From the NCBI GenBank assembly GCA_036488585.1, contig DASXHH010000014.1, positions 2,410-66,409 of the forward strand: a DNA stretch of 64,000 nt, given 5' to 3'. The notes under the pieces are model-generated. The model did no database searches. It was given only the letters and a program-made list of their open reading frames with translations, and had not been told where the DNA came from. This document shows positions 17,864 to 26,424 of this stretch, piece after piece. A program made the translations under genes and the position numbers. The number at the start of each line of letters is the position of its first letter. Position 1 is the first letter of the stretch. The stretch comes from Candidatus Saccharimonadia bacterium. GTDB lineage: Bacteria > Patescibacteriota > Saccharimonadia > UBA4664.

Positions 17864-18668
17864 TGGTTGGCTCCACCGTTTGAGGGTTTGCGGATGGCAC
17901 CAGGCGGGTGGCCTGGGCCGCAATCTGCGACACACTCAAGTCGTCGTTTTGAGTCGCTAGCTTAAGTATATCGTTGGGCTGGGATGGTGTCACGCCGGTT
18001 ATGCTTGCTTGGGCGGTGGCGAGTGCAGCTGGGGCTTTGGCGCGCGGATCGGTCATTTGCTGCACAGCCTCTTCGCGGACGTCTTCGGCCGCTTCACGCA
18101 GTAGCTCGGCTAGGTTTTGGGCCGATGGGCTATTCTTCATGTCGAGCATGTCGGTCTTGGGCATGTCGGGGGCAAGTGGCGCCGGCGGCGGGGCAACCAT
18201 GCGGTCTTCGTGGGCGGTGGTGGGCATGATGGCTTGGTTTTCGGGCTGGGGCGGTTCGTTCCAACCGCGGGAGTCGATGAGGGTGGAGAGCTTCTCGAGC
18301 TCGCTAATGACCTCGGCGGGGTTGCGCTGGGTAATTTCGGCCGCGTGCTTGGTGGGCTCGATGTGGAAGACTTCTGCGACAGGATCTTTTACCCAGACTC
18401 GGCGACGAGCAGCAGCAAAGAAGCCGACCATGGCGATTAGGAGCTGCTCGAAGTTTTGGCCGTCGCGGGTGTAGAAGGCTAGGAGCAGAAAGAGCATGGT
18501 GGGCGGGAATCCAACCACGGCCAGCAGGGCCGGCACGGCGCGTAAGATGGCAAAGCACAAAATACCCCAGCCGACGCCAATAAGCGCATAGATGAACTGG
18601 CGGAATGTGAGGGGGCCGAGAATTTTATCTTCGGCCTCAACGTTTTGCGGGACTTTATATTGGCCCAC
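17853..18668 (-). CDS. VirB3/PrgI-like small T4SS membrane protein with a C-terminal extension
   Basis: The N-terminal motif ILGPLTFRQFIYALIGVGWGIL plus two TM helices is typical of VirB3-like proteins that precede VirB4. The Ala/Pro-rich C-terminal tail is unusual. Confidence 0.45.
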   Translation of the reverse strand: MGQYKVPQNVEAEDKILGPLTFRQFIYALIGVGWGILCFAILRAVPALLAVVGFPPTMLFLLLAFYTRDGQNFEQLLIAMVGFFAAARRRVWVKDPVAEVFHIEPTKHAAEITQRNPAEVISELEKLSTLIDSRGWNEPPQPENQAIMPTTAHEDRMVAPPPAPLAPDMPKTDMLDMKNSPSAQNLAELLREAAEDVREEAVQQMTDPRAKAPAALATAQASITGVTPSQPNDILKLATQNDDLSVSQIAAQATRLVPSANPQTVEPTNAS

Positions 18669-18774
18669 TGGGATCGCTTCTCCTAAGTAGTCCTCAATCG
18701 CACACAGAGTGGTGCTATATAAAGCTTACGCTAAACTGAGACGCGCTCCAAGAGGGGGAGCGCCTTGTAGCGGA

Positions 18775-21207
18775 CTAGAAGGCTTTGCCGTTGATATCGA
18801 TATGTTTTTTGAGCTCGGTTATCTGGACCGGGGTAAAACCGATATCAGTGGCCGAGCCCCACACGTTATTGGCTATGCGCTTGGTGGTCTTGGGGTCAAG
18901 CTTTGCCCAATCTTGAGCTGACTGCGAGATTTTCCCGTAAGAGTCGGCTAACTCTGCACGGTGCGTGTCGAGCACTGGCTGTATGCTTACTGTTTTGCCG
19001 TCTTTGTTAACATAGGTGGTTTGGCCCGCAGTCAGCTTTGCCTGCAGCATTTGGGCACGATCCAGGTCCTTCGCGCGAGTTTCCTTGTCGAATCCCAACC
19101 TGTGAGAAGGACCACGACCACTGAAGAAGTCCATCTGCTTGTCCGCTTGCCAGTCGGCTTGCGTGAAACCTGCGTCGGCACCGAGCGCTACGTCTCGGGC
19201 TTTTGAAGCGGCACCAGGAACACTCTGGATAGCGTTCCGGACTTCCTTGCTTGAGATTGTACCCGCCTTAAGTGCCGCTCGGGTACGATCCCAAGAGTAG
19301 TCTTGGGCGGAGGTGTATTGGATGGCGGCTTCCCGGGCGATTTGGCCACTATAATGGCCTTTGGGGCCAAAATCCGTTTGACCCTCAACGACTCTTTGCC
19401 AATCTTCAGAGCCCATACCTTTGCGTTGGCCTTCGGCAAGAACTGCATCGCGGGCTTTTTTCTGCTCGGCGTGGATGGTAGACTGCACGCCCTCTTGTAC
19501 TCGCTCGTCGTAGGGTCTGTAGGAGCCATTTGCTAGTGATTCAGTGAGACTTGCTTGGGCGGCCTTGGCGACCTCTTCATCATGAAGGGCTTTAGCAGCT
19601 GTACCAGCCATGGCTCGCTGCTGAACGATACTTGGTCCACGGCCGGGGAAGGCGCCGCTGAAGCCGCCGCGAGTGGCGGCTACACCTCTGAAAAACCCGG
19701 CGGTTTTTCGCTCTACGATGTCGCCATTCTTGTCCTTTTTAAATTGGAGTGCTCTGCCAAGCCGGGTGGTAGGTGCGCCCATGTAGCTGGCTGCGGCCTT
19801 TTCTTGGCGGCGCTGGCTACGATTTTTATCGGATTGGCTGCCTTTGCCAAAGCGCTTGTTCATGGAGCCGCCGAAGCCGCCGATACCCTTGGCGCCGGCC
19901 TTCATAGCGCCGCCAGCCCAGGAGAAGGTCCACGGGACGGCGCCGAGTGGCAAGTATAGGCCGACTAGGGCGATGATAGGGACGGCGGCCTTCTGGAAGT
20001 CGTTGGCGGCGCCACCACCGTTGAAACCGGCGCCGGCGGTGAGCGCAAAGATGCGACCGGCTTCGAACAGTAGCATGATGAGCGGATACATCAGGATTAG
20101 CTTAAAGAGGTTTTGCCACCACTGGGTGAACCATTTTTCAGTGTTGGGCAGAATCCAGGCCATGATGGCAAACGGGCTGAGTACAACCAGAGTAATGATG
20201 AGGATTTGTCGCAGCACCAGGGTAAAGAAGGTGGCTAGAACGGCGATGAGGATGGTGATGAGGATAGCTAGACCAATCTCAGAGACGGCGCCTTTGAGGG
20301 CGATGGCGAAGACGGCGCCGGCTGCAGCGTAGAAGATCGAGCTAAGCGGGAAGGTGAAATCGATGTAGGGTGTGGGGATGATTTTATCCATTAAAGTAAT
20401 GAGGCCTTGGCCGAGAATGTTGCCGATGTCGATCATGGCGGCGCAGATATACCATGACAGGGGCATGAGGATGGCGCCGGCTACTAAGTGAGGCAGCGTC
20501 TTTTTAATGGTGTAGTTGTCGAAGCCGAGAGCGGTGCCAAAGATAATGGCGAAGAAGATGAGGATGAGGAAGACGGCTGCGACGTTGCGGAAATTTTGCC
20601 AGATGGTGTAGGCGGGGTTGTCAATGCTTTTGCCCTGGTTATCTATGACTTTAGTGGTGAGGGGTTGGACATGGAGGAAGGGCGCGATGATGTAATCGCG
20701 AATGCCATCGATAACACTGATGGCGGCGCTCATAATGGCGCAGTTTAGCCAGGTGAGGGTGCCGGAGTCGCAAAGATTGGTGGGATCCGTGTTGTTGTTG
20801 GCGGGTGGTGTTGTGGGTTGGGGGCCGCTGCCGCCTCCCCCGCTGCCGGGGGCGACGTTTTTGGGGTTGGCGACAGTGACGGTGCCACCCCCACCGCAGG
20901 TGGTATTAATAGTGGCGCCGTAGCTACCGTTGGCGTTCTTGGCACCCAGGGTTAGGGTGAGGGTGTTGGCCTGGGTTTGTTTAATATCGCAAAAACCACC
21001 AGAGGCTTGGTAGGTTGAACCGGTGGTGTGACCGAAAGAGCGGGAAACACCGGCTGAACCCGTGTCGGTGCAGGTGATGGTGTTGGCGTCGGCGAATTGG
21101 CAGTTGGTGTAGGCGGCTTCGGCTATACTGGGTGCGAGTAGATAAGACAAAAGGGCGATCGCGTTCGCAAACGCCACTAAAGCAATCGCAAGCCACCTAC
21201 GCTTCAT
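18775..21207 (-). CDS. VirB6/TrbL-like polytopic T4SS membrane protein with a long cytoplasmic C-terminal domain
   Basis: Signal peptide, a Cys-containing extracellular segment, at least 6 TM helices with Trp-rich loops (NLFKLILMYPLIMLLFEAGRIF...), then about 400 aa that look soluble. It is the first gene of the operon and is transcribed from a leaderless TATACT promoter. Confidence 0.5.
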   Translation of the reverse strand: MKRRWLAIALVAFANAIALLSYLLAPSIAEAAYTNCQFADANTITCTDTGSAGVSRSFGHTTGSTYQASGGFCDIKQTQANTLTLTLGAKNANGSYGATINTTCGGGGTVTVANPKNVAPGSGGGGSGPQPTTPPANNNTDPTNLCDSGTLTWLNCAIMSAAISVIDGIRDYIIAPFLHVQPLTTKVIDNQGKSIDNPAYTIWQNFRNVAAVFLILIFFAIIFGTALGFDNYTIKKTLPHLVAGAILMPLSWYICAAMIDIGNILGQGLITLMDKIIPTPYIDFTFPLSSIFYAAAGAVFAIALKGAVSEIGLAILITILIAVLATFFTLVLRQILIITLVVLSPFAIMAWILPNTEKWFTQWWQNLFKLILMYPLIMLLFEAGRIFALTAGAGFNGGGAANDFQKAAVPIIALVGLYLPLGAVPWTFSWAGGAMKAGAKGIGGFGGSMNKRFGKGSQSDKNRSQRRQEKAAASYMGAPTTRLGRALQFKKDKNGDIVERKTAGFFRGVAATRGGFSGAFPGRGPSIVQQRAMAGTAAKALHDEEVAKAAQASLTESLANGSYRPYDERVQEGVQSTIHAEQKKARDAVLAEGQRKGMGSEDWQRVVEGQTDFGPKGHYSGQIAREAAIQYTSAQDYSWDRTRAALKAGTISSKEVRNAIQSVPGAASKARDVALGADAGFTQADWQADKQMDFFSGRGPSHRLGFDKETRAKDLDRAQMLQAKLTAGQTTYVNKDGKTVSIQPVLDTHRAELADSYGKISQSAQDWAKLDPKTTKRIANNVWGSATDIGFTPVQITELKKHIDINGKAF

Positions 21208-21247
21208 GCCTGAAGTATAGCATTAGCATTTTAATAACGTAAGCACT

Positions 21248-21277
21248 TTGACTTGGTCGGGCGCTCACCTGTACAAT
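21248..21277 (+). promoter_or_regulatory. promoter for the pilin array (TTGACT-18 nt-TACAAT), probably leaderless
   Basis: TTGACT at 21248-21253 and TACAAT at 21272-21277. The ATG at 21285 lies about 7 nt downstream of the -10. The revcomp of the same 68-nt region carries TATACT 6 nt before the VirB6-like ATG. Confidence 0.45.
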
Positions 21278-21284
21278 GCGGCCA

Positions 21285-21746
21285 ATGAAACGTCTGTTGG
21301 TCAGCTTGGGGGTAGCAGTGGCGGTGGCGACTTGTACGCTACCAGTGGTCGTGAGCGCGTCGAACACGTTGCCTGGAAGTGGTGGCGGTACTAGTACTAG
21401 TGGAGGCGGTAGTTCGCTGACCGATCCGAACTCAGGTGGATGTGCGGGTGGTGTACAGATAGCACTACCGATTTTTTCCAACAACACCTGTGTGCAGAAC
21501 AGTCAGGGTAACGGAAGCGCCATTGTCGTGTATTTGAAGGAAGTGCTGCAGCTGCTTTCCGGGATCGTGGGCATTACTATCATTACTTTGATAATTTGGG
21601 CTGGGATTCGGTATATAACCTCGTTGGGTGACCCGAGCATAGTGAAGGACGCCAAATCGAGGTTAACGAATGCCATAACGGCCCTGGTTTTATTCCTGAT
21701 GATGTTTGCGATTTTGCAATTCTTGGTACCGGGAGGGCTGTTGTAG
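21285..21746 (+). CDS. VirB2/TrbC-like T4SS pilin paralog 1
   Basis: Signal peptide (MKRLLVSLGVAVAVATC), a Gly/Ser-rich region, then two hydrophobic helices separated by a short charged loop (GIRYITSLGDPSIVKDAKSRLTNAI). Confidence 0.55.
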   Translation: MKRLLVSLGVAVAVATCTLPVVVSASNTLPGSGGGTSTSGGGSSLTDPNSGGCAGGVQIALPIFSNNTCVQNSQGNGSAIVVYLKEVLQLLSGIVGITIITLIIWAGIRYITSLGDPSIVKDAKSRLTNAITALVLFLMMFAILQFLVPGGLL

Positions 21747-22094
21747 ATGTCTTTGTTGCCACATTTGTACCTGGCATCGAGCGCGTGTGGAACTCACACC
21801 GGCGTGGCTCCGAGCCTGTACGACGGGTTGAAATGCGATGCGAACGGCAACATCACGCTAACGCGGGTGGTGGACGCGGTGGTGATAATTGCGAACATCG
21901 CGCGAATTTTGATTTGGCTGGCGGGAGCGCTGGCCGTGATCTTTGTGATCATCGGCGGCGTTTACTACATAGTGTCGGCGGGTGATCCGGGTCGGGTCAA
22001 GAAGGCCAAGGACATCCTGACCAATGCGATTATTGGTATCGTGCTTACGGTTAGCGCTTATGCTGTGGTAACGTTTATTGCAAAGGGATTTTAG
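21747..22094 (+). CDS. VirB2/TrbC-like pilin paralog 2
   Basis: Same two-helix core with a GDP loop (GGVYYIVSAGDPGRVKKAKDILTNAIIGIV). Confidence 0.5.
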   Translation: MSLLPHLYLASSACGTHTGVAPSLYDGLKCDANGNITLTRVVDAVVIIANIARILIWLAGALAVIFVIIGGVYYIVSAGDPGRVKKAKDILTNAIIGIVLTVSAYAVVTFIAKGF

Positions 22095-22099
22095 AGAGA

Positions 22100-22408
22100 A
22101 TGCTTGAACATATGTTGAAGCTAGCAGCCAACCCGTACAACATTCCGGCTAATTCCATTGGTGTACCGACTTCGACGGCGACGGTGGGTCAAGGGCTGAC
22201 AAATGCAGTACAGATCATTATGACGGTGGTCGGCATGCTGGCAGTTGTGTTTATTCTGGTGAGTGGAGTGCAGATGGTGTCGTCGAATGGTGATCCCAAG
22301 CGGTTTGCCCAGGGTCGGCAAACGCTGCTGTATGCGGTTGTGGGGCTGGCGGTGGCCATTGGCGCCTACGCGATTGTGACGTTTGTTTCGGGTGTTCCCC
22401 ATCGTTAA
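22100..22408 (+). CDS. VirB2/TrbC-like pilin paralog 3
   Basis: Core reads LVSGVQMVSSNGDPKRFAQGRQTLLYAVVGLAVAI. Confidence 0.5.
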   Translation: MLEHMLKLAANPYNIPANSIGVPTSTATVGQGLTNAVQIIMTVVGMLAVVFILVSGVQMVSSNGDPKRFAQGRQTLLYAVVGLAVAIGAYAIVTFVSGVPHR

Positions 22409-22423
22409 TTAAGGAGTGGTGTA

Positions 22424-22735
22424 ATGTTCGGTAAATTCTTGGCTGACGCGACAAGTGCGATTAACACTGGAGCCACACAGGCTTGCGGTACTTCGTGTAA
22501 CACGGGCACGACCGTGGGCGGCTTGTTTGCAGGCGTAGCCAACGCATTAATATTCTTGGTGGGCGCCGTTTCGGTGATCATGATCATTATTGGTGGTCTG
22601 CGGTATGTGATGTCCAACGGCGACCCAAAGCAAACTGAGTCGGCTAAAAACACCATCTTGTACTCGGTAATTGGTATTGTGGTGGCGATTGCATCGTTTG
22701 CGATCGTGAGTTTTGTGACCACTCACATCAAGTAG
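22424..22735 (+). CDS. VirB2/TrbC-like pilin paralog 4
   Basis: Core reads NALIFLVGAVSVIMIIIGGLRYVMSNGDPKQTESAKNTILYSVIGIVVAIASFAIVSFV. Confidence 0.55.
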   Translation: MFGKFLADATSAINTGATQACGTSCNTGTTVGGLFAGVANALIFLVGAVSVIMIIIGGLRYVMSNGDPKQTESAKNTILYSVIGIVVAIASFAIVSFVTTHIK

Positions 22736-22814
22736 TTTGCCAAGCCAATACGCTTATGGTAATGTTCGGGTAAAGCTGCACTATAATAAAAGTATTAAGG
22801 AGTAATAACTTCCA

Positions 22815-23240
22815 ATGCGCACAGCAAACCTAGGCAAAAAAGTTGCCGCCGTCGCTCAGGCACTGGTGCTCGCCCTTGGATTTGGGGTCGCGAGCTTTGC
22901 CATGGCTGGTCCGGCGCTAGCGGCCAACAACTGTGATCCGAACACGTTAACGATCGATAACGGCGCGCAGTGTGCCAAGGCTGATAGCGCAAAGGACAAC
23001 CTGTTTGCTCCGAATGGTGTGTTCTCGGTGGTGGCCAATACCCTGATCTTCCTGGTCGGCGCCGTAGCGGTGATTTTCCTGATCGTCGGTGGTTTGCGCT
23101 ACGTGGTCTCGAACGGTGACCCGAAGAACGTTGAGGCGGCCAAGAACACCATCCTCTACGCTATCGTCGGTATCGTGGTAGCGGTGATCTCGTTCGCCCT
23201 GGTCCAATTCGTGATCAATGCCTTGAATAAAGCGTCGTAA
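22815..23240 (+). CDS. VirB2/TrbC-like pilin paralog 5 (nearly identical core to paralog 4)
   Basis: Core reads NTLIFLVGAVAVIFLIVGGLRYVVSNGDPKNVEAAKNTILYAIVGIVVAVISFALVQFV. A classic signal peptide with A-x-A precedes it. Confidence 0.55.
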   Translation: MRTANLGKKVAAVAQALVLALGFGVASFAMAGPALAANNCDPNTLTIDNGAQCAKADSAKDNLFAPNGVFSVVANTLIFLVGAVAVIFLIVGGLRYVVSNGDPKNVEAAKNTILYAIVGIVVAVISFALVQFVINALNKAS

Positions 23241-23254
23241 TAACGCTACTAGGA

Positions 23255-23281
23255 AAAAGGCCCCACCCGGGGCCTTTTTTA
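23255..23281 (+). terminator. intrinsic terminator (GGCCCC-ACCC-GGGGCC then T6)
   Basis: aaaaaGGCCCCacccGGGGCCtttttt lies immediately after the last pilin gene. Confidence 0.8.
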
Positions 23282-23304
23282 GTTGCTAATGCTAGATTAG
23301 AGAT

Positions 23305-24606
23305 ATGAGACGTAAGTTAGACAGGCGTGAGGTGGCGGCGCTGGCGGTTGGATCGTTGTACTTGGTCGCGATGGGGCTAGCGGCGGCGAGGTCGTGGCGG
23401 GCGCCGGTGCTGTTTAGCTTTCATGGTTCGCTCGAGGTGTTGGCAGCGAGTTTGGGTGGGGTTGCGGCCACATTGGTGTGGCGGCGACGGGTGGTACGGC
23501 GGCGAGATCTATGGCTGCCAGTGGGACTGATAGTGCTGGCGCTAGCGAGCTTCCCAGATTCATCGCGGGATTGGCTGCGGTATTTATTTGATGGTGAGAT
23601 GATCCGGATTTATCACGCCTCGCCATATGCGCACTTGCCGACTGAGTTTTCGCACGACTGGCTGTACGGCGCGGTTAGACAGGCGTTTTGGGTGACGATC
23701 CCAAGCCCGTATGGGCCGTTGTGGCAGGCGTGGATGACGGCGGTGGATATGGTGGCGCATAACCGGCTGATGTTAGGGATAGTGGCACTTAAGCTGACTG
23801 ATCTAGCTGGGCTGTTAGCGTGCGCGTGGTATTTGGGGAGACTGGCGGGAGCGCGAGCGGCGTATCTGTTCCTGATTAATCCGGTGGTGTTACTAAACAC
23901 GGTGGCAACACCGCATCTCGATGTGCTGATCGCAGCGGCGGTGTTGGCGGCATATCACTACCGCAATGCGGTAGGCCGAGGGGCGGTGTTGGGGGCGGCG
24001 GCAATGCTCAAGGTGCACGCGCTGATTTTCGCGCCGTTCATGTCTCGTCGGCCGGTGCGATCGCTCGTCACGGTGGCGACGGCTACGGTGGTGGCCGGCG
24101 GGCTGGCGCTGGCACTGAAGCCGGTGGTGGGGTTTGAGTGGTGGCAGATGTGGTCGGCCAACCAGGCGGGTGGCGTAAATGCGCTGGATTCACTACTGGT
24201 GCATAGCCTGTTTCATGGGATGGCGAGCGGAGGGGTGTTTAAGGTGTCGTACGGGTTGTTTGGGGCGTTGTACGCAAGTATTGGAGTGGCGTTCCTGCGG
24301 CGGCTGATTTCACGGGAAGTGGCGCTGACGCTCGTGAGCCTGCTGGTGCCGCTGTGCTTAACGGGTTTGCTTGAACCGTGGCACTTTATTATTCCCCTCG
24401 CTTGGCTGCTGGTGTTGGGCCGGCCGGCGGCGGACATGGTGGTGCTGTTTTTGTCGCTACTAGTGCTAAGGTCGGCTGTGACCGTGCTGCAGCTACTGGA
24501 GGTGGCGGGAGCGTTTGGGGCTGGTGGCTGGGCGCTATATGAGGTGCAGCGACATATGAGTAGGCCGCCGCGAGTGTTAACGCAGTTGATTTCAGCGTTC
24601 AGGTAA
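23305..24606 (+). CDS. polytopic integral membrane protein (at least 10 TM), possibly a GT-C/DUF2029-like glycosyltransferase
   Basis: Many TM helices with Trp/Tyr-rich loops. No soluble domain. Assignment by topology only. Confidence 0.4.
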   Translation: MRRKLDRREVAALAVGSLYLVAMGLAAARSWRAPVLFSFHGSLEVLAASLGGVAATLVWRRRVVRRRDLWLPVGLIVLALASFPDSSRDWLRYLFDGEMIRIYHASPYAHLPTEFSHDWLYGAVRQAFWVTIPSPYGPLWQAWMTAVDMVAHNRLMLGIVALKLTDLAGLLACAWYLGRLAGARAAYLFLINPVVLLNTVATPHLDVLIAAAVLAAYHYRNAVGRGAVLGAAAMLKVHALIFAPFMSRRPVRSLVTVATATVVAGGLALALKPVVGFEWWQMWSANQAGGVNALDSLLVHSLFHGMASGGVFKVSYGLFGALYASIGVAFLRRLISREVALTLVSLLVPLCLTGLLEPWHFIIPLAWLLVLGRPAADMVVLFLSLLVLRSAVTVLQLLEVAGAFGAGGWALYEVQRHMSRPPRVLTQLISAFR

Positions 24607-24635
24607 CAAAAAAGGCCCGGAGTCGGGCCTTTTTA
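24607..24635. terminator. bidirectional intrinsic terminator (A-run, GGCCCG-GAGT-CGGGCC, T-run)
   Basis: aaaaaaGGCCCGgagtCGGGCCttttt sits between the convergent 433-aa gene and hsp20. Confidence 0.8.
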
Positions 24636-24649
24636 AAGTGCTTAAGGTA

Positions 24650-25087
24650 TTAGACTGGCTTAACTTTGATCTTCTTAACCTTGTCTTGAGCGACCTTGGG
24701 GATGGTAACGGTAAGGACACCGTCTTTGAGGCTAGCGGCGGCTTTTTCCGCGATGGTTGAGGTGGGCAAGATGACTGAGCGGGAGAAGGAACCCCAGTAG
24801 CATTCCTGTACGTAGTAGTGCTCGCGGTCGACCTCTTTCTCCTCGACGCGCTCGCCGCGGATAGTGACTACATCTTCGGCGACCTCGATGTCGATCTTGT
24901 CGGGGGTGACGCCAGCGATGGGGGCCTTAATTACGACGTTTTCTTTGGTTTGGTAGACGTCGACGGCTAGCTGGCCCTCGGCTTCCGCCATCCAGTCTTC
25001 TTCGCCACCCTCACCCATGGGGGTGTCTAAAAAGTCATCTTGCAGTACGTTGTCTTGGTCGTTAGCGGCGGATTTCTTGCCCGGCAT
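24650..25087 (-). CDS. Hsp20/alpha-crystallin family small heat-shock protein
   Basis: Alpha-crystallin domain pattern (VDVYQTKENVVIKAPIAGV ... GVLTVTIPK) with an acidic N-terminus. Confidence 0.85.
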   Translation of the reverse strand: MPGKKSAANDQDNVLQDDFLDTPMGEGGEEDWMAEAEGQLAVDVYQTKENVVIKAPIAGVTPDKIDIEVAEDVVTIRGERVEEKEVDREHYYVQECYWGSFSRSVILPTSTIAEKAAASLKDGVLTVTIPKVAQDKVKKIKVKPV

Positions 25088-25599
25088 TGGAATTAACTCT
25101 CCACGTTAATCGGCGGTATGGGTTGCGGTGCAACCTTTGGCCTATTATAGTCAGACGTTCAGATGAAAGGCAAGCTACGCCCATGCTTATCCGTCGCTTG
25201 GTAGAGCTCTTAACTCCCGAAGAATGCCTAGGATGAGGCCAGGATGGCGTTGTATTGTGCGCAACATGTGTTAATGATAATGGCTTAACTAAGGCGGTTA
25301 TGGTGTGGCGAGAGGAATGCCGGAGCTAGCGGGTTTAGCAGCGGGAGCGTATTATGACGCGCCAGTGAAAGAGCTGATTTTAAGCTAAAGTTTTTATCGG
25401 CGGGTGGCCGCCCGGCTGCGACTCCCCTACTCTGCGGCGTTGCGTGCCAGACCTCCACGCACCAGCTAGGGGGGACAGGTGCACACGGTTCGGTGCAAGG
25501 GGCAGCGGGTTTGGTGGCGGACGATGTAGTGAGCGGTGGCGCGGCACTAAGCCTTGAGCGAAACGAGTTTGCGCGGTATTATAGGCGAGTTCAGCTTAT

Positions 25600-25692
25600 G
25601 GAGAGGTACCCAAGTGGCTGAAGGGGCGGGTTTGCTAAACCTGTAGGGGGGAGTAATCCCCCGCGAGAGTTCGAATCTCTCCCTCTCCGCCA
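25600..25692 (+). tRNA. tRNA-Ser (anticodon GCT), class II with long variable arm, CCA encoded
   Basis: Hand-folded: acceptor GGAGAGG/CCTCTCC, anticodon stem CGGGT/ACCTG, loop TTGCTAA, a 22-nt variable arm and a T-arm GAGTTCGAATCTC. Confidence 0.85.
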
Positions 25693-25804
25693 GGAATTAT
25701 TGAAGCCGCCGATGAGGCGGTTTTCATTTTGAAGCAAAAAGCGCCCTGCTAGCAGCGGGCGGGTCACCTAGTGGTGGGGCGCTTCTTGCTGCCGGCGGGG
25801 CGTG

Positions 25805-26359
25805 TTAGTTCGGAGACTCGCGTTTGAATGCCCGGGCGGCTTCGCTTCGGGCGTTGGCTCGCCAGGCCTCCAGCTGGCCGAGATGACCGGGTTGCGCAGG
25901 CCGAACTTGGCACTGCCAAACCTCGGCATGATCATGGTAACTTTTGTCAGTGGATGTCTGCACGAAGATGACCCACCCGATAGGCTCGAGGTTAATTTCG
26001 TTTGTCCGTCTGGCAATAAGTTCCTCGAGAGATTGGTGCGACTCAACTTCGTTGATTGGGCCAGATTTTTCGACATTTGGCACCAGGTAAATGTGCATGG
26101 GTTTGCCAGTTTGACTGCCGGGTACCCATTGGGCGCGTTCTTGGTCGGTGAGCGGCTCCGGGGGGTGGATGGTCCAGGTGATTCTTTGCTGAGAGAATGG
26201 GGTCGCCGAGTCCCTCATGGGGTGATCACGCAGTATTCGCAGCTGGGGATGGGCGCCCAGCATTTCGTACCAGACATGATCCGGAATGCCAGCGTAGCCG
26301 GTGGGGAATGTGACTGTTCCGTCGTTGCGGACCTCGAAGTCGCTCATGAGTGTCTCCAC
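25805..26359 (-). CDS. hypothetical protein (184 aa)
   Basis: Long ORF with coding-like composition. No motif recognised. Confidence 0.4.
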   Translation of the reverse strand: METLMSDFEVRNDGTVTFPTGYAGIPDHVWYEMLGAHPQLRILRDHPMRDSATPFSQQRITWTIHPPEPLTDQERAQWVPGSQTGKPMHIYLVPNVEKSGPINEVESHQSLEELIARRTNEINLEPIGWVIFVQTSTDKSYHDHAEVWQCQVRPAQPGHLGQLEAWRANARSEAARAFKRESPN

Positions 26360-26424
26360 GGAATTGGAAAGTAGCTAGCGGTTAAGCTCGAATTGATGAA
26401 GTATTGCGATAAATGAAAGGAATG

